Source: an uncultured bacterium
Lineage (GTDB): Bacteria; Actinomycetota; Acidimicrobiia; Spongiisociales; UBA5794
DNA length: 64,000 bases
Assembly: GCA_963801165.1 (NCBI GenBank)
Contig: CAWDDT010000009.1
Span: 512,001 to 576,000, forward strand
Reading direction: 5' to 3'
Of this stretch, positions 46,590 through 56,311 are shown piece by piece (positions within the stretch are counted from its first letter, which is position 1; each line of letters starts with the position of its first letter). The notes below the pieces were generated by a model that saw only the letters and a list, made by a program, of their open reading frames with translations, made no database searches and was not told the origin of the DNA. Made by a program: the position numbers and the translations under genes.

Positions 46590-47189
46590 CTAGAGGTTCA
46601 GGGCCTTCGGGTTCAGAACCGTGATCACGGCCCCGTCCGTCCAGGCAAGAGCCGACACCCACGGTGGTGACGAGCCCGGGGGATGAGCCCACCGCAGGTC
46701 GCGGGCCGGGGTCAGCCCGGTCACCGAGCTCACCGCCAGCAACACTCGAGCCGTCGTTCCGGGTATCGCCAGCAGGGTCGTCGTCGCGTCAGGGTCGAGC
46801 GGACGGTTCTGGAGCACCGTGCCGCCGTCGTGGACCTCTGTCAGCGTCTCACGAAAGCCCGCAACCCCGAGAAGCGTGCCGCTCGAGGTCGGCACCTGAT
46901 GGATGGCGAGCCTTGCCGCCACGGTCTCGACCAACTCGATCGGGATGCCGTAGACGACGTCACCGACGGCAAACACGAGCAGGTCGACCGGCTCGACGAC
47001 TGCCGGCTCCTCTATCGCTTGTCGTTCGTCCACGACCGGGGCGGCTGCATCTTCCAGGGATGGCTGCAACATGGTGTCCACAGCATGCCGAACCAGCTGC
47101 TGGAGCGTCGCCGGTGGGACCGAGTCCTCCCCGCGCTTGCGGAGAGCCATGTAGAGATCATCGGTAAGAGAGACTGTGAAGCGACGCAT
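46590..47189 (-). CDS. ribbon-helix-helix / CheW-like fusion protein
   Basis: MRRFTVSLTDDLYMALR (RHH-like), then LLVFAVGDVVYGIPIELVETV...VP......LGV..FR (CheW-like). Confidence 0.65.
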   Translation of the reverse strand: MRRFTVSLTDDLYMALRKRGEDSVPPATLQQLVRHAVDTMLQPSLEDAAAPVVDERQAIEEPAVVEPVDLLVFAVGDVVYGIPIELVETVAARLAIHQVPTSSGTLLGVAGFRETLTEVHDGGTVLQNRPLDPDATTTLLAIPGTTARVLLAVSSVTGLTPARDLRWAHPPGSSPPWVSALAWTDGAVITVLNPKALNL

Positions 47190-47254
47190 GGTGCACCTCG
47201 CATCATAGTGGTGCGGAACGCGCCAAGACATGGTGCGGCGTGCACCGCGTCGCC

Positions 47255-47944
47255 TTACGGAACGTATTGCTCTTCGATAACCGTGACCGCGCCGGCTTCG
47301 ATGGTCACCCAGACGCCGGGCGCCAGGGCGGCATCGCGGCTCTCGCGGGCGGTCAGCCAGTCGGCGTAGGTCACTCGAGTCTGGGTAGACGGGTCACCGG
47401 GATTCGGGAGCCAGGACACCTCGGCGGTCTCGGCGACGGCAATCGTGCGGAGGCGCGAGTTGTCATTGCGGATGTAGTAGTCGTTGGGTGGAGGTGACTC
47501 TGCGCCGTCTTCGGCAGCAGCCTGGGCGGCGGCATCCCCGCTGAACCAGCATGCCAGATCGAAGTCGATCTCGGTCTCGCGTGCCTCCGCGACGTATCCG
47601 TACCATATGCCATTGCCCAGCTCATCGCCGCCCGGCGTGCAGCCGGAGCCGTCGGCGAGTGTGGCGACATCGACCGTTGTCGTGGTAGCCGGTGCCGTGG
47701 TCGTGGTCGTGGTCGTGGTTGTGGTTGTGGTTGTGGTTGTGGTCTGGGCGGCGGTTGTGGTCGTGGTTCCCTCGGTCGTGGTGGGGACGCTCGCGGTCGT
47801 GGTCGAGCCTGCCGTGGTTGTCGTACTGGACACCACAGTGGTCGACGTGTCCGTTCCGGCACCATTTCCGCCACAGCCGGCGGCAAGTGCGACGACTACG
47901 AGCGTCTCGACCAGAAGCTTTCGATTGGGGAAATTGATGTTCAT
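47255..47944 (-). CDS. putative lipoprotein with long Thr-rich linker
   Basis: Lipobox LAAGC, poly-Thr linker and C-terminal domain (FDLACWF..PPNDYYIRN..EQYVP). Confidence 0.7.
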   Translation of the reverse strand: MNINFPNRKLLVETLVVVALAAGCGGNGAGTDTSTTVVSSTTTTAGSTTTASVPTTTEGTTTTTAAQTTTTTTTTTTTTTTTTAPATTTTVDVATLADGSGCTPGGDELGNGIWYGYVAEARETEIDFDLACWFSGDAAAQAAAEDGAESPPPNDYYIRNDNSRLRTIAVAETAEVSWLPNPGDPSTQTRVTYADWLTARESRDAALAPGVWVTIEAGAVTVIEEQYVP

Positions 47945-48061
47945 CGCGAGGACGATATCAGGACGGCTGACCACGGGGAAGGAACTTCGACCCGGTGTAG
48001 AAGGTTGTTTCGACTCCCAGTGGGAAACCCGGCGTGGACCACACGAAGGCCGACCCGAAAC

Positions 48062-48094
48062 GTCGCCTGCGGGACTCGTAGTCCCGCAGGCGAC
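48062..48094 (-). terminator. perfect 15-bp stem hairpin downstream of the ECF sigma operon
   Basis: GTCGCCTGCGGGACT-CGT-AGTCCCGCAGGCGAC. Confidence 0.6.
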
Positions 48095-48107
48095 CAGGGG
48101 CGGGTTG

Positions 48108-48716
48108 TCAATTAGCGAACGCTTCGTCGAAGGCAGCCCGCAGCTCGGCGGTGCTCGGCCCGCTGTATCCGCAGTAGTTGACGTTGCCGTCGTATGCACT
48201 GATCAGGTATTGGTCGCCAACGGTGAATTGCATCCCACCGATGAGCGCCTCCATCCCCTGAGGTGCGACCAGCTCGACTGTCGCCGCCTCACCACCCCTA
48301 TACCAATGGTCTACCTGGAGCGAAACGTTCGGCCCATCGACCGCGGTCACCGTTCCCTCGAACGCAAGCGGGGCATTGGCCAGCTCCTCGACCGAGAAGC
48401 GGATGCAGCTCGCCATCAGGTCGTCTCCGGAGGCCGTCAGCGTGACGGGCGGCCCCGGCTGCTCCGCCACCGTGGTGGGGCTCGCCTGGGTGTCGCCTCC
48501 GCCGGTGATGCCGATGCCAATGGCCACCGCGGCAACGAGGACCGCGGCCGCACCGGTGATGGCAAGCCACCGGTTCCGGGTGCTTGGGGTCTGATCGGGT
48601 GTGCTCATGATTGCCTCCAACAGGTTCCGTGCCGACTCACTCGTCACGGGTGTAACGGGTTCACCGGAGCGCATCGGGTCGAGTGCGGCCAACTGTTGGC
48701 GAAGCTCGTCGTTCAT
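48108..48716 (-). CDS. putative anti-sigma factor (single TM)
   Basis: ATGA-coupled to the sigma gene; cytoplasmic N-terminus, one TM helix, extracytoplasmic domain with two Cys. Confidence 0.6.
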   Translation of the reverse strand: MNDELRQQLAALDPMRSGEPVTPVTSESARNLLEAIMSTPDQTPSTRNRWLAITGAAAVLVAAVAIGIGITGGGDTQASPTTVAEQPGPPVTLTASGDDLMASCIRFSVEELANAPLAFEGTVTAVDGPNVSLQVDHWYRGGEAATVELVAPQGMEALIGGMQFTVGDQYLISAYDGNVNYCGYSGPSTAELRAAFDEAFAN

Positions 48717-49261
48717 CGTTGCTCCTCGGTGCTATTACTCCCTCTGTGTCCGGAACCCGCAGCATTCTGTCGGATCACGGCATCGGCGAGCTTCTGACGC
48801 GCTCGTGAGAGACGGAGGCTCACTGCGTTCGGGGTTGATTCGAGCACCGAAGCAATCTCGCGGGGCTCGAGCTGCTCCCAGGCCCACAGGTACAAGATCT
48901 CCTGGTCGGGGGTCGGCAGGGTTGCCAGGGCGCTCACCAGCGCGGGGTCGCCGCCGAGGTCGGCGGGATCGGGCGCCAGCCACGATGGCGGTTGGCTGGC
49001 CAGGCGACCTACGAGCGCGAGGTGGCGGCGTCTGCTGCGGTGGTGGTTTGCCAGGGTGCGGCGCGCCACCCCGTAGCACCACGGGAGCGCTTGTGTGACC
49101 GGGATGTCGTCGACGCGGCGCCACAGCGTGAGCATCACGTCGGCGAAGACGTCTTCTACGTCCGACGCGGGAAGACGGCGGCGCAGATACCGCTGCAAGG
49201 GCTCGAATACCTCACCGGCGACGTCCTCGAGCCGCCGACGCCGGTCGTCCTGAGATCTCAT
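48713..49261 (-). CDS. ECF-type RNA polymerase sigma factor
   Basis: EDVFADVMLTLWRR, W.YGVARRTLAN and EIASVLE.TPNAVSLRLSRAR. Confidence 0.92.
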   Translation of the reverse strand: MRSQDDRRRRLEDVAGEVFEPLQRYLRRRLPASDVEDVFADVMLTLWRRVDDIPVTQALPWCYGVARRTLANHHRSRRRHLALVGRLASQPPSWLAPDPADLGGDPALVSALATLPTPDQEILYLWAWEQLEPREIASVLESTPNAVSLRLSRARQKLADAVIRQNAAGSGHRGSNSTEEQR

Positions 49262-49416
49262 ATGCCGTATATGTCCGCGACTGCTCCGGATCTGTCATCG
49301 ACGACGGTCGATCCACGAGTCAAACGTAGCGGCGTCCGGTGGTCGCCACGACGTCCTCAGCCGGACGGGTATCGCCGAGTACCCTGGCGGACGGCAATCG
49401 CGGAAGGAGGACCCGG

Positions 49417-50448
49417 GTGTTACAGGCCGTCGACTCGACTACCGCCGGCATTTGTGGTGGTGCCAGCGACTACGTGTGCAATTGGGTCTTCGACTGGAGT
49501 GGTAACGAGCCGCTCGCCAAGGCGGTGGGCTGGGTGGTCGATCGGCCGCTGCGGGTTTTTCTCATCTTGCTGGTGGCCTACCTGGTGAACCGGCTGGTGT
49601 GGCGTGCGATCGAGCGAGCCGTCGCCCGAATGATCGCCGAGAGGGAGCAGCGGCTCGCCGCGTGGCTGGCGGCTCATGACATCGAGCCTGGTGGCCAGCC
49701 GACCGAGCTGCTTCAGTATCGGAGCAGGTCGCTGGCAATGGCTCAGGCGACCGAGCAGTCGAAACAGCGGGCCCAGACGCTCGGTTCGGTCATGCGCTCG
49801 ACCACAACCGCGATCATCTACACGCTTGCGTTGTTGATGGCGCTCGCCCAAATCGAGGTCAACCTCGGGCCGCTCATCGCCAGCGCCGGGATCGCCGGGA
49901 TCGCCCTGGGCTTTGGCGCTCAATCGATCGTCAAGGACTTTCTCTCCGGGTTCTTCATGCTCGTCGAGGATCAATACGGTGTCGGCGACATCATCGATGT
50001 CGGAGAAGCGGCCGGGGTCGTCGAGGCGATCAGCCTGCGCACGACGAAGATCCGCGATGTCAACGGGACCCTCTGGTTCGTTCCGCACGGTGAGATCGCC
50101 AGGGTCGCCAACAAGTCGCAGCAGTGGTCACGGGCCGTACTCGACATCGAGGTTGCCTACGACACCGACATCGACAACGCCAGGCGGGTGATCAAAGAGG
50201 TGGCCGACCAGGTGTGGAGCGAACACATTGCCACCGCAACCATCATCGAAGAGCCCGAGATCTGGGGTGTCGAGAGGTTCGGCGAGAGCGCCATCGCCAT
50301 CCGGCTCGTCGTCAAGACCGAGCCCGGCGAGCAGTGGACAACCGCCCGGGAGATTCGGGGACGGCTCATCAAGGCGTTCACCGCCGAGGGCATCGAGATT
50401 CCGTTCCCGCAACGCGTCATCTGGACCCGGAGCGACACGACTGAGTGA
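49417..50448 (+). CDS. MscS family mechanosensitive channel (YbiO-like)
   Basis: GIALGFGAQSIVKDFLSG, EDQYGVGD and GIEIPFPQR; GGAAGGAGG RBS. Confidence 0.92.
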   Translation: MLQAVDSTTAGICGGASDYVCNWVFDWSGNEPLAKAVGWVVDRPLRVFLILLVAYLVNRLVWRAIERAVARMIAEREQRLAAWLAAHDIEPGGQPTELLQYRSRSLAMAQATEQSKQRAQTLGSVMRSTTTAIIYTLALLMALAQIEVNLGPLIASAGIAGIALGFGAQSIVKDFLSGFFMLVEDQYGVGDIIDVGEAAGVVEAISLRTTKIRDVNGTLWFVPHGEIARVANKSQQWSRAVLDIEVAYDTDIDNARRVIKEVADQVWSEHIATATIIEEPEIWGVERFGESAIAIRLVVKTEPGEQWTTAREIRGRLIKAFTAEGIEIPFPQRVIWTRSDTTE

Positions 50449-50451
50449 ACG

Positions 50452-52059
50452 TCAGTCGAGCTCGATGATCACGCCCTCGCTGGGACGCAACTCCACCGTG
50501 CCGGCCACTTCCTCGCCGGTTCGGCCGGGAATGGTCGATAGCGTCACCTTGCCGGCTCTGCCGAGGTCGCACCTGCTCGGCGTTTCCGTGAAGCTGAGTG
50601 CGACGACGACCCGGCTTCCATTGTGGTTGCGCTCGTAGGCGTAGACGCCATCCGGCGTCTCGAGCCTGCGGTAGTCCCCGACTTCGAGTGCCGGTGAGCT
50701 CTTGCGATAGCCGAGCAGCGCCCGATAGAGACTAAGCAGCGACGCCGGGTCGTCGAGCTGGACCGCGACGTTGCGGTCCTGCGAGTCGGCAGTCAGCGGC
50801 AGCCAGGTAGCGGTCGTGCCCGCCGGGCTGAAGCCCGCCAGTGGCGACCGGTCCCACTGCATGGGGGTGCGGCACCCATCGCGACCCGCTCCCGGGAGGT
50901 TGCGGCCCCACGGGTCCTGTTGCTGCTCCGGCGGGATATCAGTTTGAGGGATGCCGATCTCGTCGCCGTAGTAGACCGTCGGGGTTCCGCGCAGGGTCAA
51001 CAGCAACATCGCTGCCACCCTGGCTTGTTGCTCGCCGAACCTCGTGGCGAGCCTCGTCTCGTCGTGGTTGCCCAGGACGTAGTTGGGCCAGGCGCCCGCC
51101 GGGAGCGCCGCTTCGAGCTCGTCGACCCGGGCGGCGACCTCGTCTGCCTTCCATGGTGTGTGCACCAGCGAGAAGTTGTACGGCATGTGCAGCTCGTCGA
51201 GATCCTCGCCGTAGTAGCTCGCCCAGGCATCCCACTCGGCGATGTGGATCTCACCGACGGAGTACCGCTCGGGCTGATAGCTGTCGAGCAGAGCACGGAA
51301 GTCGCGGAACACCTGGTGGATGTCGGGGTGGCCCTTGTCGTGAATGTGTAGCCATCTGTCGTACTCGCCGTGCGACTTGAATGCGTTTTGCCATCCCTCG
51401 GGTGCGGGCGGATTGTCGCGCAGCTCGGGGTCCTTCATGATGAGATGGGCTACGTCGATGCGGAAGCCATCGACACCCCGGTCGAGCCAGAAGCGGACGC
51501 CGTCGAACATCGCCTCCTGTACTTCGGGGTTGCGCCAGTTGAGATCTGGCTGTTTGGCGAGAAAGGAGTGGAGGTAGTGCTGGCCGGTGATCTCGTCGTA
51601 TTCCCACGCAGGACCGCCGAAGCTGCTCAGCCAGTTGTTTGGTAGCGACCCATCGGGCTTCGGGTCTCGCCACACGTACCAGTCTCGCTTGGGGTTGTCC
51701 CGGCTCGAGCGGGACTCGACGAACCAGGGATGCTCATCGGAACTGTGATTGGGGACCCAATCGACAATGACCTCGAGCCCGCGCCGGTGGGCAGCGACGA
51801 GGAGATCGTCGAAGTCGCTCAGCGTGCCGAACATCGGGTGGACATCTGTGTAGTCGGAGACGTCGTAACCGAAGTCGGCCATGGGCGACGGGTAGAACGG
51901 CGAGATCCAGATGGCGCCGACCCCGAGTGTGTCGGCCAGGTAGTCGAGCCGGCTGGTGATACCGGGGAGGTCGCCGATCCCATTGCCGGTCGTGTCCTGG
52001 AAACTACGCGGGTAGATCTGATAGATGACGGTGGTCTGCCACCAGGGATGGTCGGTCAT
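50452..52059 (-). CDS. GH13 alpha-glucosidase
   Basis: WW..TVIYQIYPRSF, DWVPNHSS, GFRIDVAH and LGNHD. Confidence 0.95.
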   Translation of the reverse strand: MTDHPWWQTTVIYQIYPRSFQDTTGNGIGDLPGITSRLDYLADTLGVGAIWISPFYPSPMADFGYDVSDYTDVHPMFGTLSDFDDLLVAAHRRGLEVIVDWVPNHSSDEHPWFVESRSSRDNPKRDWYVWRDPKPDGSLPNNWLSSFGGPAWEYDEITGQHYLHSFLAKQPDLNWRNPEVQEAMFDGVRFWLDRGVDGFRIDVAHLIMKDPELRDNPPAPEGWQNAFKSHGEYDRWLHIHDKGHPDIHQVFRDFRALLDSYQPERYSVGEIHIAEWDAWASYYGEDLDELHMPYNFSLVHTPWKADEVAARVDELEAALPAGAWPNYVLGNHDETRLATRFGEQQARVAAMLLLTLRGTPTVYYGDEIGIPQTDIPPEQQQDPWGRNLPGAGRDGCRTPMQWDRSPLAGFSPAGTTATWLPLTADSQDRNVAVQLDDPASLLSLYRALLGYRKSSPALEVGDYRRLETPDGVYAYERNHNGSRVVVALSFTETPSRCDLGRAGKVTLSTIPGRTGEEVAGTVELRPSEGVIIELD

Positions 52060-52517
52060 GCGCTCTGTCCTGTTTCGTAAACGAGTCGTCCTGCATCTTC
52101 GTGAGCCTGGAGGTTGAGAGCCACCTGCTTGGCGAGTTGAGCATCATGCGCATCCACAGCGAAGAGGTGAGCAGAGGAGCGCTCGACAAGCGCCCCCATC
52201 GCGAGCAGCTCCGCAACGATCTCCTCCTGTGGATGGTGTGAGTCACCAAACCAGGCTCGAAACACATAGCGTCCAGAGGGCTGGATAACACGCGCGATGA
52301 CATAGCGCCGATCCCCACTGTCTGTCTCCACGTGATCGCCGAGGGCAAGATCGTATGCGAAGAACGGTATGCAGCAGACCTCGAACGACAGCTCGTCGAT
52401 CTGCCGAGCCCATAGCTGTTCGTACTCTGCGACCTCCGAATACGAGGAGATGTCAGCCGCGATGATGAAGTCGGCACGCTCGCGCCATATGGGTTCGGCG
52501 TGTTGCGCTTCAGCCAT
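52056..52517 (-). CDS. DUF4265 domain protein
   Basis: EQLWARQ.....FEVCCIPFFAYDLALGD. Confidence 0.8.
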   Translation of the reverse strand: MAEAQHAEPIWRERADFIIAADISSYSEVAEYEQLWARQIDELSFEVCCIPFFAYDLALGDHVETDSGDRRYVIARVIQPSGRYVFRAWFGDSHHPQEEIVAELLAMGALVERSSAHLFAVDAHDAQLAKQVALNLQAHEDAGRLVYETGQSA

Positions 52518-52599
52518 CGGTCGAACCACCGCCTAGTGCCCTGGCCGCTCGCATCGGAGCGCAGTCACATACACCGTGGTGGCATAACGTCGTGTTGTC

Positions 52600-52638
52600 A
52601 TAGATGACGGTGGTCTGCCACCGTGGGTGCTCGCTCAT
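52600..52638 (-). pseudogene. duplicated 5' end (13 codons) of the GH13 alpha-glucosidase gene
   Basis: Encodes MSEHPRWQTTVIY versus MTDHPWWQTTVIY at 52021-52059; 23 bp identical. Confidence 0.75.
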
Positions 52639-52720
52639 GGGACAGCAGGCTAACGCCGAGAGCATGTCGTTGGTCCCGCTCTGATTGCGTCCTTGAAGTA
52701 GGCGGACGACGTGCATCGAC

Positions 52721-52741
52721 ATATACCGATAGTCGGTATAT
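52721..52741. promoter_or_regulatory. putative PadR operator
   Basis: Perfect inverted repeat ATATACCGA-TAG-TCGGTATAT 10 bp upstream of padR. Confidence 0.7.
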
Positions 52742-52751
52742 AGTTGACCGT

Positions 52752-53087
52752 ATGGCAAAGCGAACGATGCAGGAACCGGCCTTCCTGATCCTGACGGCTC
52801 TCTCCGACGAGCCACGCCACGGGTACGGGATCATGAAGGAAGTCGAGGCTATCTCGACCGGTCGGGTCACGTTGCGTGCCGGGACGCTCTACGCGGCGCT
52901 CGATCGGTTCGCCGGCGAGGGGCTGGTCGAGATCGATCACGAGGAGGTGGCCGACGGCCGCCACCGTCGCTTCTACAAGCTCACCGAGCGGGGTCGGTCC
53001 GAGCTGGAGGCCGAGGCCGCTCGTCTGGCGGGTAACGCCCGGGTGGCCCTGCGAAGGCTGGGCATCGCGGCGGAGACAGCACCGTGA
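52752..53087 (+). CDS. PadR family transcriptional regulator
   Basis: LILTAL..EPRHGYGI, GTLYAALDR and RRFYKLTERG. Confidence 0.95.
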   Translation: MAKRTMQEPAFLILTALSDEPRHGYGIMKEVEAISTGRVTLRAGTLYAALDRFAGEGLVEIDHEEVADGRHRRFYKLTERGRSELEAEAARLAGNARVALRRLGIAAETAP

Positions 53088-54019
53088 GCCGGAGGAGGCG
53101 TGGATTGGACGCGGTCATGAGGATCTTCCCGACCGAGTACCGCGAGACACACGAGGCGGAGATCATGACCACGATTCTCGACGCTGAGGAGGAGACCGGA
53201 CCGTCCGTCGGGATCGGCGACCTCGTCAGTCTTGCTGTGGCCGGCAGCCGGATCAGGGTGCGGTCGTACGCAACAGCGGTCTGGCGTGACGAGCTCGAAC
53301 AGGGCGTAGTCCTCGGCATCCGTTCGTATCTGTTCTTCCTGGCCGCCGGGGTGCCGATGTTTGTGGTGCTCATCTCACTGCGCGGAGTGTCGCTGTGGGG
53401 CACGTCCGGCTATGAGGCGGGCAAGCGAGTCCTCGTTGCCGCGATGCTGCTTCCCTGGCTGGCTGTGTTCGGTCTGCACTTGCTCGGGCGCTGGCGGTCG
53501 GCGTTCCTGTTGGCGATGGTCAGCGCTGCCGGTGTGGTTGCCGCCGTTGGCTACGAAGCGGTCGTTAATCCGTTCGGTCTTGGTGGCGGCATGCGAGACG
53601 CCATCTGGGTGACTCTGCTGGGTGTTCTTCTTGTCGGTCTGGGGAGGCGCAGGAATCTCGGACCAGTGCGTCAACCCATCCTCTGGATGGTGCTGTGGCT
53701 GGGAGCGACCCTCGGACTCGGGTTCTACATCAGGAACGGCTATGCGTGGGAGATATCTGGGCTGGTCATCACCGTGGGCGGCGCTCTGCTGCTGGTTGCG
53801 GTCGGGATGGCCGTGGCAGGCAAGCCCCGCGGTCTCGTTGCCTGGGCCCTGCTCCTGGTTCCCGGGTGGCTGCTGAGCGCCAATCTCATCTACACAGGAG
53901 CGTCGTCCGGTGGCTTCCTCGTCGAGATAGTTGTATGGACAACGGCTGCCATCGTCGTGGCCTTCACCTGTGTGTGGGTTGCGATCGTCGTCGCCCGGCG
54001 AAACCGCGCGTTCGACTGA
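53084..54019 (+). CDS. PadR-associated multi-pass membrane protein
   Basis: R.FP.EYR..H..EI N-terminal motif and about 8 TM helices; GTGA overlap with padR. Confidence 0.7.
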   Translation: MSRRRRGLDAVMRIFPTEYRETHEAEIMTTILDAEEETGPSVGIGDLVSLAVAGSRIRVRSYATAVWRDELEQGVVLGIRSYLFFLAAGVPMFVVLISLRGVSLWGTSGYEAGKRVLVAAMLLPWLAVFGLHLLGRWRSAFLLAMVSAAGVVAAVGYEAVVNPFGLGGGMRDAIWVTLLGVLLVGLGRRRNLGPVRQPILWMVLWLGATLGLGFYIRNGYAWEISGLVITVGGALLLVAVGMAVAGKPRGLVAWALLLVPGWLLSANLIYTGASSGGFLVEIVVWTTAAIVVAFTCVWVAIVVARRNRAFD

Positions 54020-54097
54020 ACGGCTGCAGCGCCGGCCGACAACCGGGCCGCGATGTGCTCCCGTTAAGATTCAGGGACGACGGTCTGGGAGGATCGA

Positions 54098-56245
54098 TTG
54101 GCTGGGACTAGCGGTAAGAGTGATCGAAGGTTCAGCACGTTCCTGATGGTGATGGTGCCGTTCACTGTCGTCGCCGTGTTCCTTCTCTGGTGGCTGGGAA
54201 CCGTGCCGGATCATGCCGATCCGGCGGTCGGCCGTGAGGTGTTCGGCAACATCCCCGCACCCGTCGTCGCCATGTTCTATGTAACGGTCGCAGTCTTTCT
54301 CGGGCTCACCATCTATCTGTTTGCTCTACGCGCCCGGAACTGGGAACGGGGCGCGTGGGAGGATCGATCCCGTCTTCTCAAGAGGCGTATCCACCGTCTT
54401 CGTGATGGTCTGCAGATGCGAACCCTGCTCCAGGATCCGGCCGCCGGCATTCCCCACGCCGCTCTCTATTTCGGGTTCCTCATCCTGTTCCTCGGTACCG
54501 TCACGGTCGAGCTCGACCACCTGCTGCCCAACAACCTCAAGTTCCTCGAGGGCGGCTTCTACCAGGGGTTCTCCTTCGTCCTCGACCTGGCCGGCGCCGT
54601 CTATCTGATCGGTCTCATCTGGCTGGCGATCCGGCGTTACGGAGCGAGACCGTGGCGGCTGCGCAGCAAGACCAAGACCGAGGACGGTTGGATCCTGGTG
54701 ACCCTCGCCGCTATCGGAGTCACCGGTCTCGCCGTTGAGGCGGCCCGGATCGCCGAGGTGGGACGGCCCGCCTTCGAGCACTGGTCGTTCCTGGGGTACG
54801 GCCTCAGCTATCTCGTCCCTGGCGCCTATTCCGGCACCCACCAGGTGCTGTGGGTAACTCACGTCGCCAGCTTCCTCGCCTTCCTGGTTGTGCTTCCGAG
54901 CACCAAGCTCCGGCACATGGTGACCTCTCCGGTCAACATGTTCCTGTCACCCCGGCAGCGTCCGGTCGGAGCGATGCGGGAGATGCCCAACCTGATGGAG
55001 GTCGAGGACCTCGAAACTGTGGGGGCCTCCGTCATCGCCGAGTTCACCTGGAAGCAGCTGCTCGACACGGACGCCTGCACCGTCTGCGGGCGGTGCACCT
55101 CGGTGTGCCCCGCCAATACCACGGGTAAGCCTCTCGATCCCAGGGAGATCGTCCTCAAGCTCGGTGAGGTTGCCTCGGCAACGGCAGCGACCAGGCAACC
55201 GGCGACTGTGAGCATGGACGAGCGGATCGCGATCACGTCCGACAGCGTGTTCGAACGTATCACCGCCGAGGAGCTGTGGGCATGTACCACTTGCCGTGCG
55301 TGCGATGACATCTGCCCGGTGAACATCGAGATCCTCGACAAGATCCTCGACATGCGACGGTACCTGTCGCTCATGGAGTCCGAGTTCCCTTCGGACCTGG
55401 GCAAGGCATACATCTCGATGGAGAACTCGTCGAACGTGTACGGGATGGATCAGAAGACCCGGGGTGACTGGGTGAACCAGCTGGACTTCCCGGTCAAAGT
55501 GCTCGGCGAGCCGGGGGTGACGGCCGAGTACCTGTACTGGGTCGGCTGCGCCGGATCGTTCGACGACCGCAACCGCAAGGTCACCCTCTCGACGGCCAAG
55601 CTGCTCCGCGAAGCTGGTGTCGATTTCGCCATCCTCGGACCGCGTGAGATGTGCACCGGCGACCCGGCGCGACGCACCGGCAACGAGTACGTCTTCCAGG
55701 GTCTCGCTCTGCAGAACATCGAGACCCTCAACGACCTCGGTGTCACCAAGGTCATCACCCAGTGCCCGCATTGCTTCAACACGCTCAAGAACGAGTATCC
55801 GCAGTTCGGCGGCAACTACGAGGTGCTCCACCATTCCGAGTTACTGATGCGGCTCGTGAAGGACGGGAAGATCACACCCAAATCGGATGGGCAGACCATC
55901 ACCTATCACGACCCCTGCTATCTGGGTCGGCACAACGACGTCTTCGTCGCACCCCGCGACGTTGTCGATGCAGTCGGGACCCGGGTCGAGATGCCCCGCA
56001 ACGGCACCAAGTCGTTCTGCTGTGGAGCCGGCGGCGGCAAGATGTGGTACGAAGAGAAGACGGGGAAGAAAGTAAACATCGAGCGAACGGAGGAAGCACT
56101 CGATTGCGATACCGACGTCATCGCAACCGGCTGTCCCTTCTGCTACATCATGATGGACGACGGGGTCAAGGAGCTCGGTGCCGACGAGCAGGTGGTCGTC
56201 AAGGACATCGCGATGCTGCTCGCCGACCGCACCTTCGACCGGTAG
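54098..56245 (+). CDS. membrane Fe-S oxidoreductase (HdrD/GlpC/FadF-like, CCG domains)
   Basis: CTVCGRCTSVCP, CTTCRACDDICP, WVGC, CPHC, HDPCYLGR and CCGAGGG. Confidence 0.92.
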   Translation: MAGTSGKSDRRFSTFLMVMVPFTVVAVFLLWWLGTVPDHADPAVGREVFGNIPAPVVAMFYVTVAVFLGLTIYLFALRARNWERGAWEDRSRLLKRRIHRLRDGLQMRTLLQDPAAGIPHAALYFGFLILFLGTVTVELDHLLPNNLKFLEGGFYQGFSFVLDLAGAVYLIGLIWLAIRRYGARPWRLRSKTKTEDGWILVTLAAIGVTGLAVEAARIAEVGRPAFEHWSFLGYGLSYLVPGAYSGTHQVLWVTHVASFLAFLVVLPSTKLRHMVTSPVNMFLSPRQRPVGAMREMPNLMEVEDLETVGASVIAEFTWKQLLDTDACTVCGRCTSVCPANTTGKPLDPREIVLKLGEVASATAATRQPATVSMDERIAITSDSVFERITAEELWACTTCRACDDICPVNIEILDKILDMRRYLSLMESEFPSDLGKAYISMENSSNVYGMDQKTRGDWVNQLDFPVKVLGEPGVTAEYLYWVGCAGSFDDRNRKVTLSTAKLLREAGVDFAILGPREMCTGDPARRTGNEYVFQGLALQNIETLNDLGVTKVITQCPHCFNTLKNEYPQFGGNYEVLHHSELLMRLVKDGKITPKSDGQTITYHDPCYLGRHNDVFVAPRDVVDAVGTRVEMPRNGTKSFCCGAGGGKMWYEEKTGKKVNIERTEEALDCDTDVIATGCPFCYIMMDDGVKELGADEQVVVKDIAMLLADRTFDR

Positions 56246-56311
56246 CAACCACCCCGAACTTACGTGCATCGGCCGGTCTCGCGGCGCCGTCTGTCCGCAC
56301 TGAAAAGAGGG

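Noticed and set aside
47677-47830. (GTG/GTC/GTT)n microsatellite as a phase-variation locus
   Set aside because: It is a degenerate codon run encoding a poly-Thr lipoprotein linker; similar linkers occur near 7860-7970 and 57570-57700.
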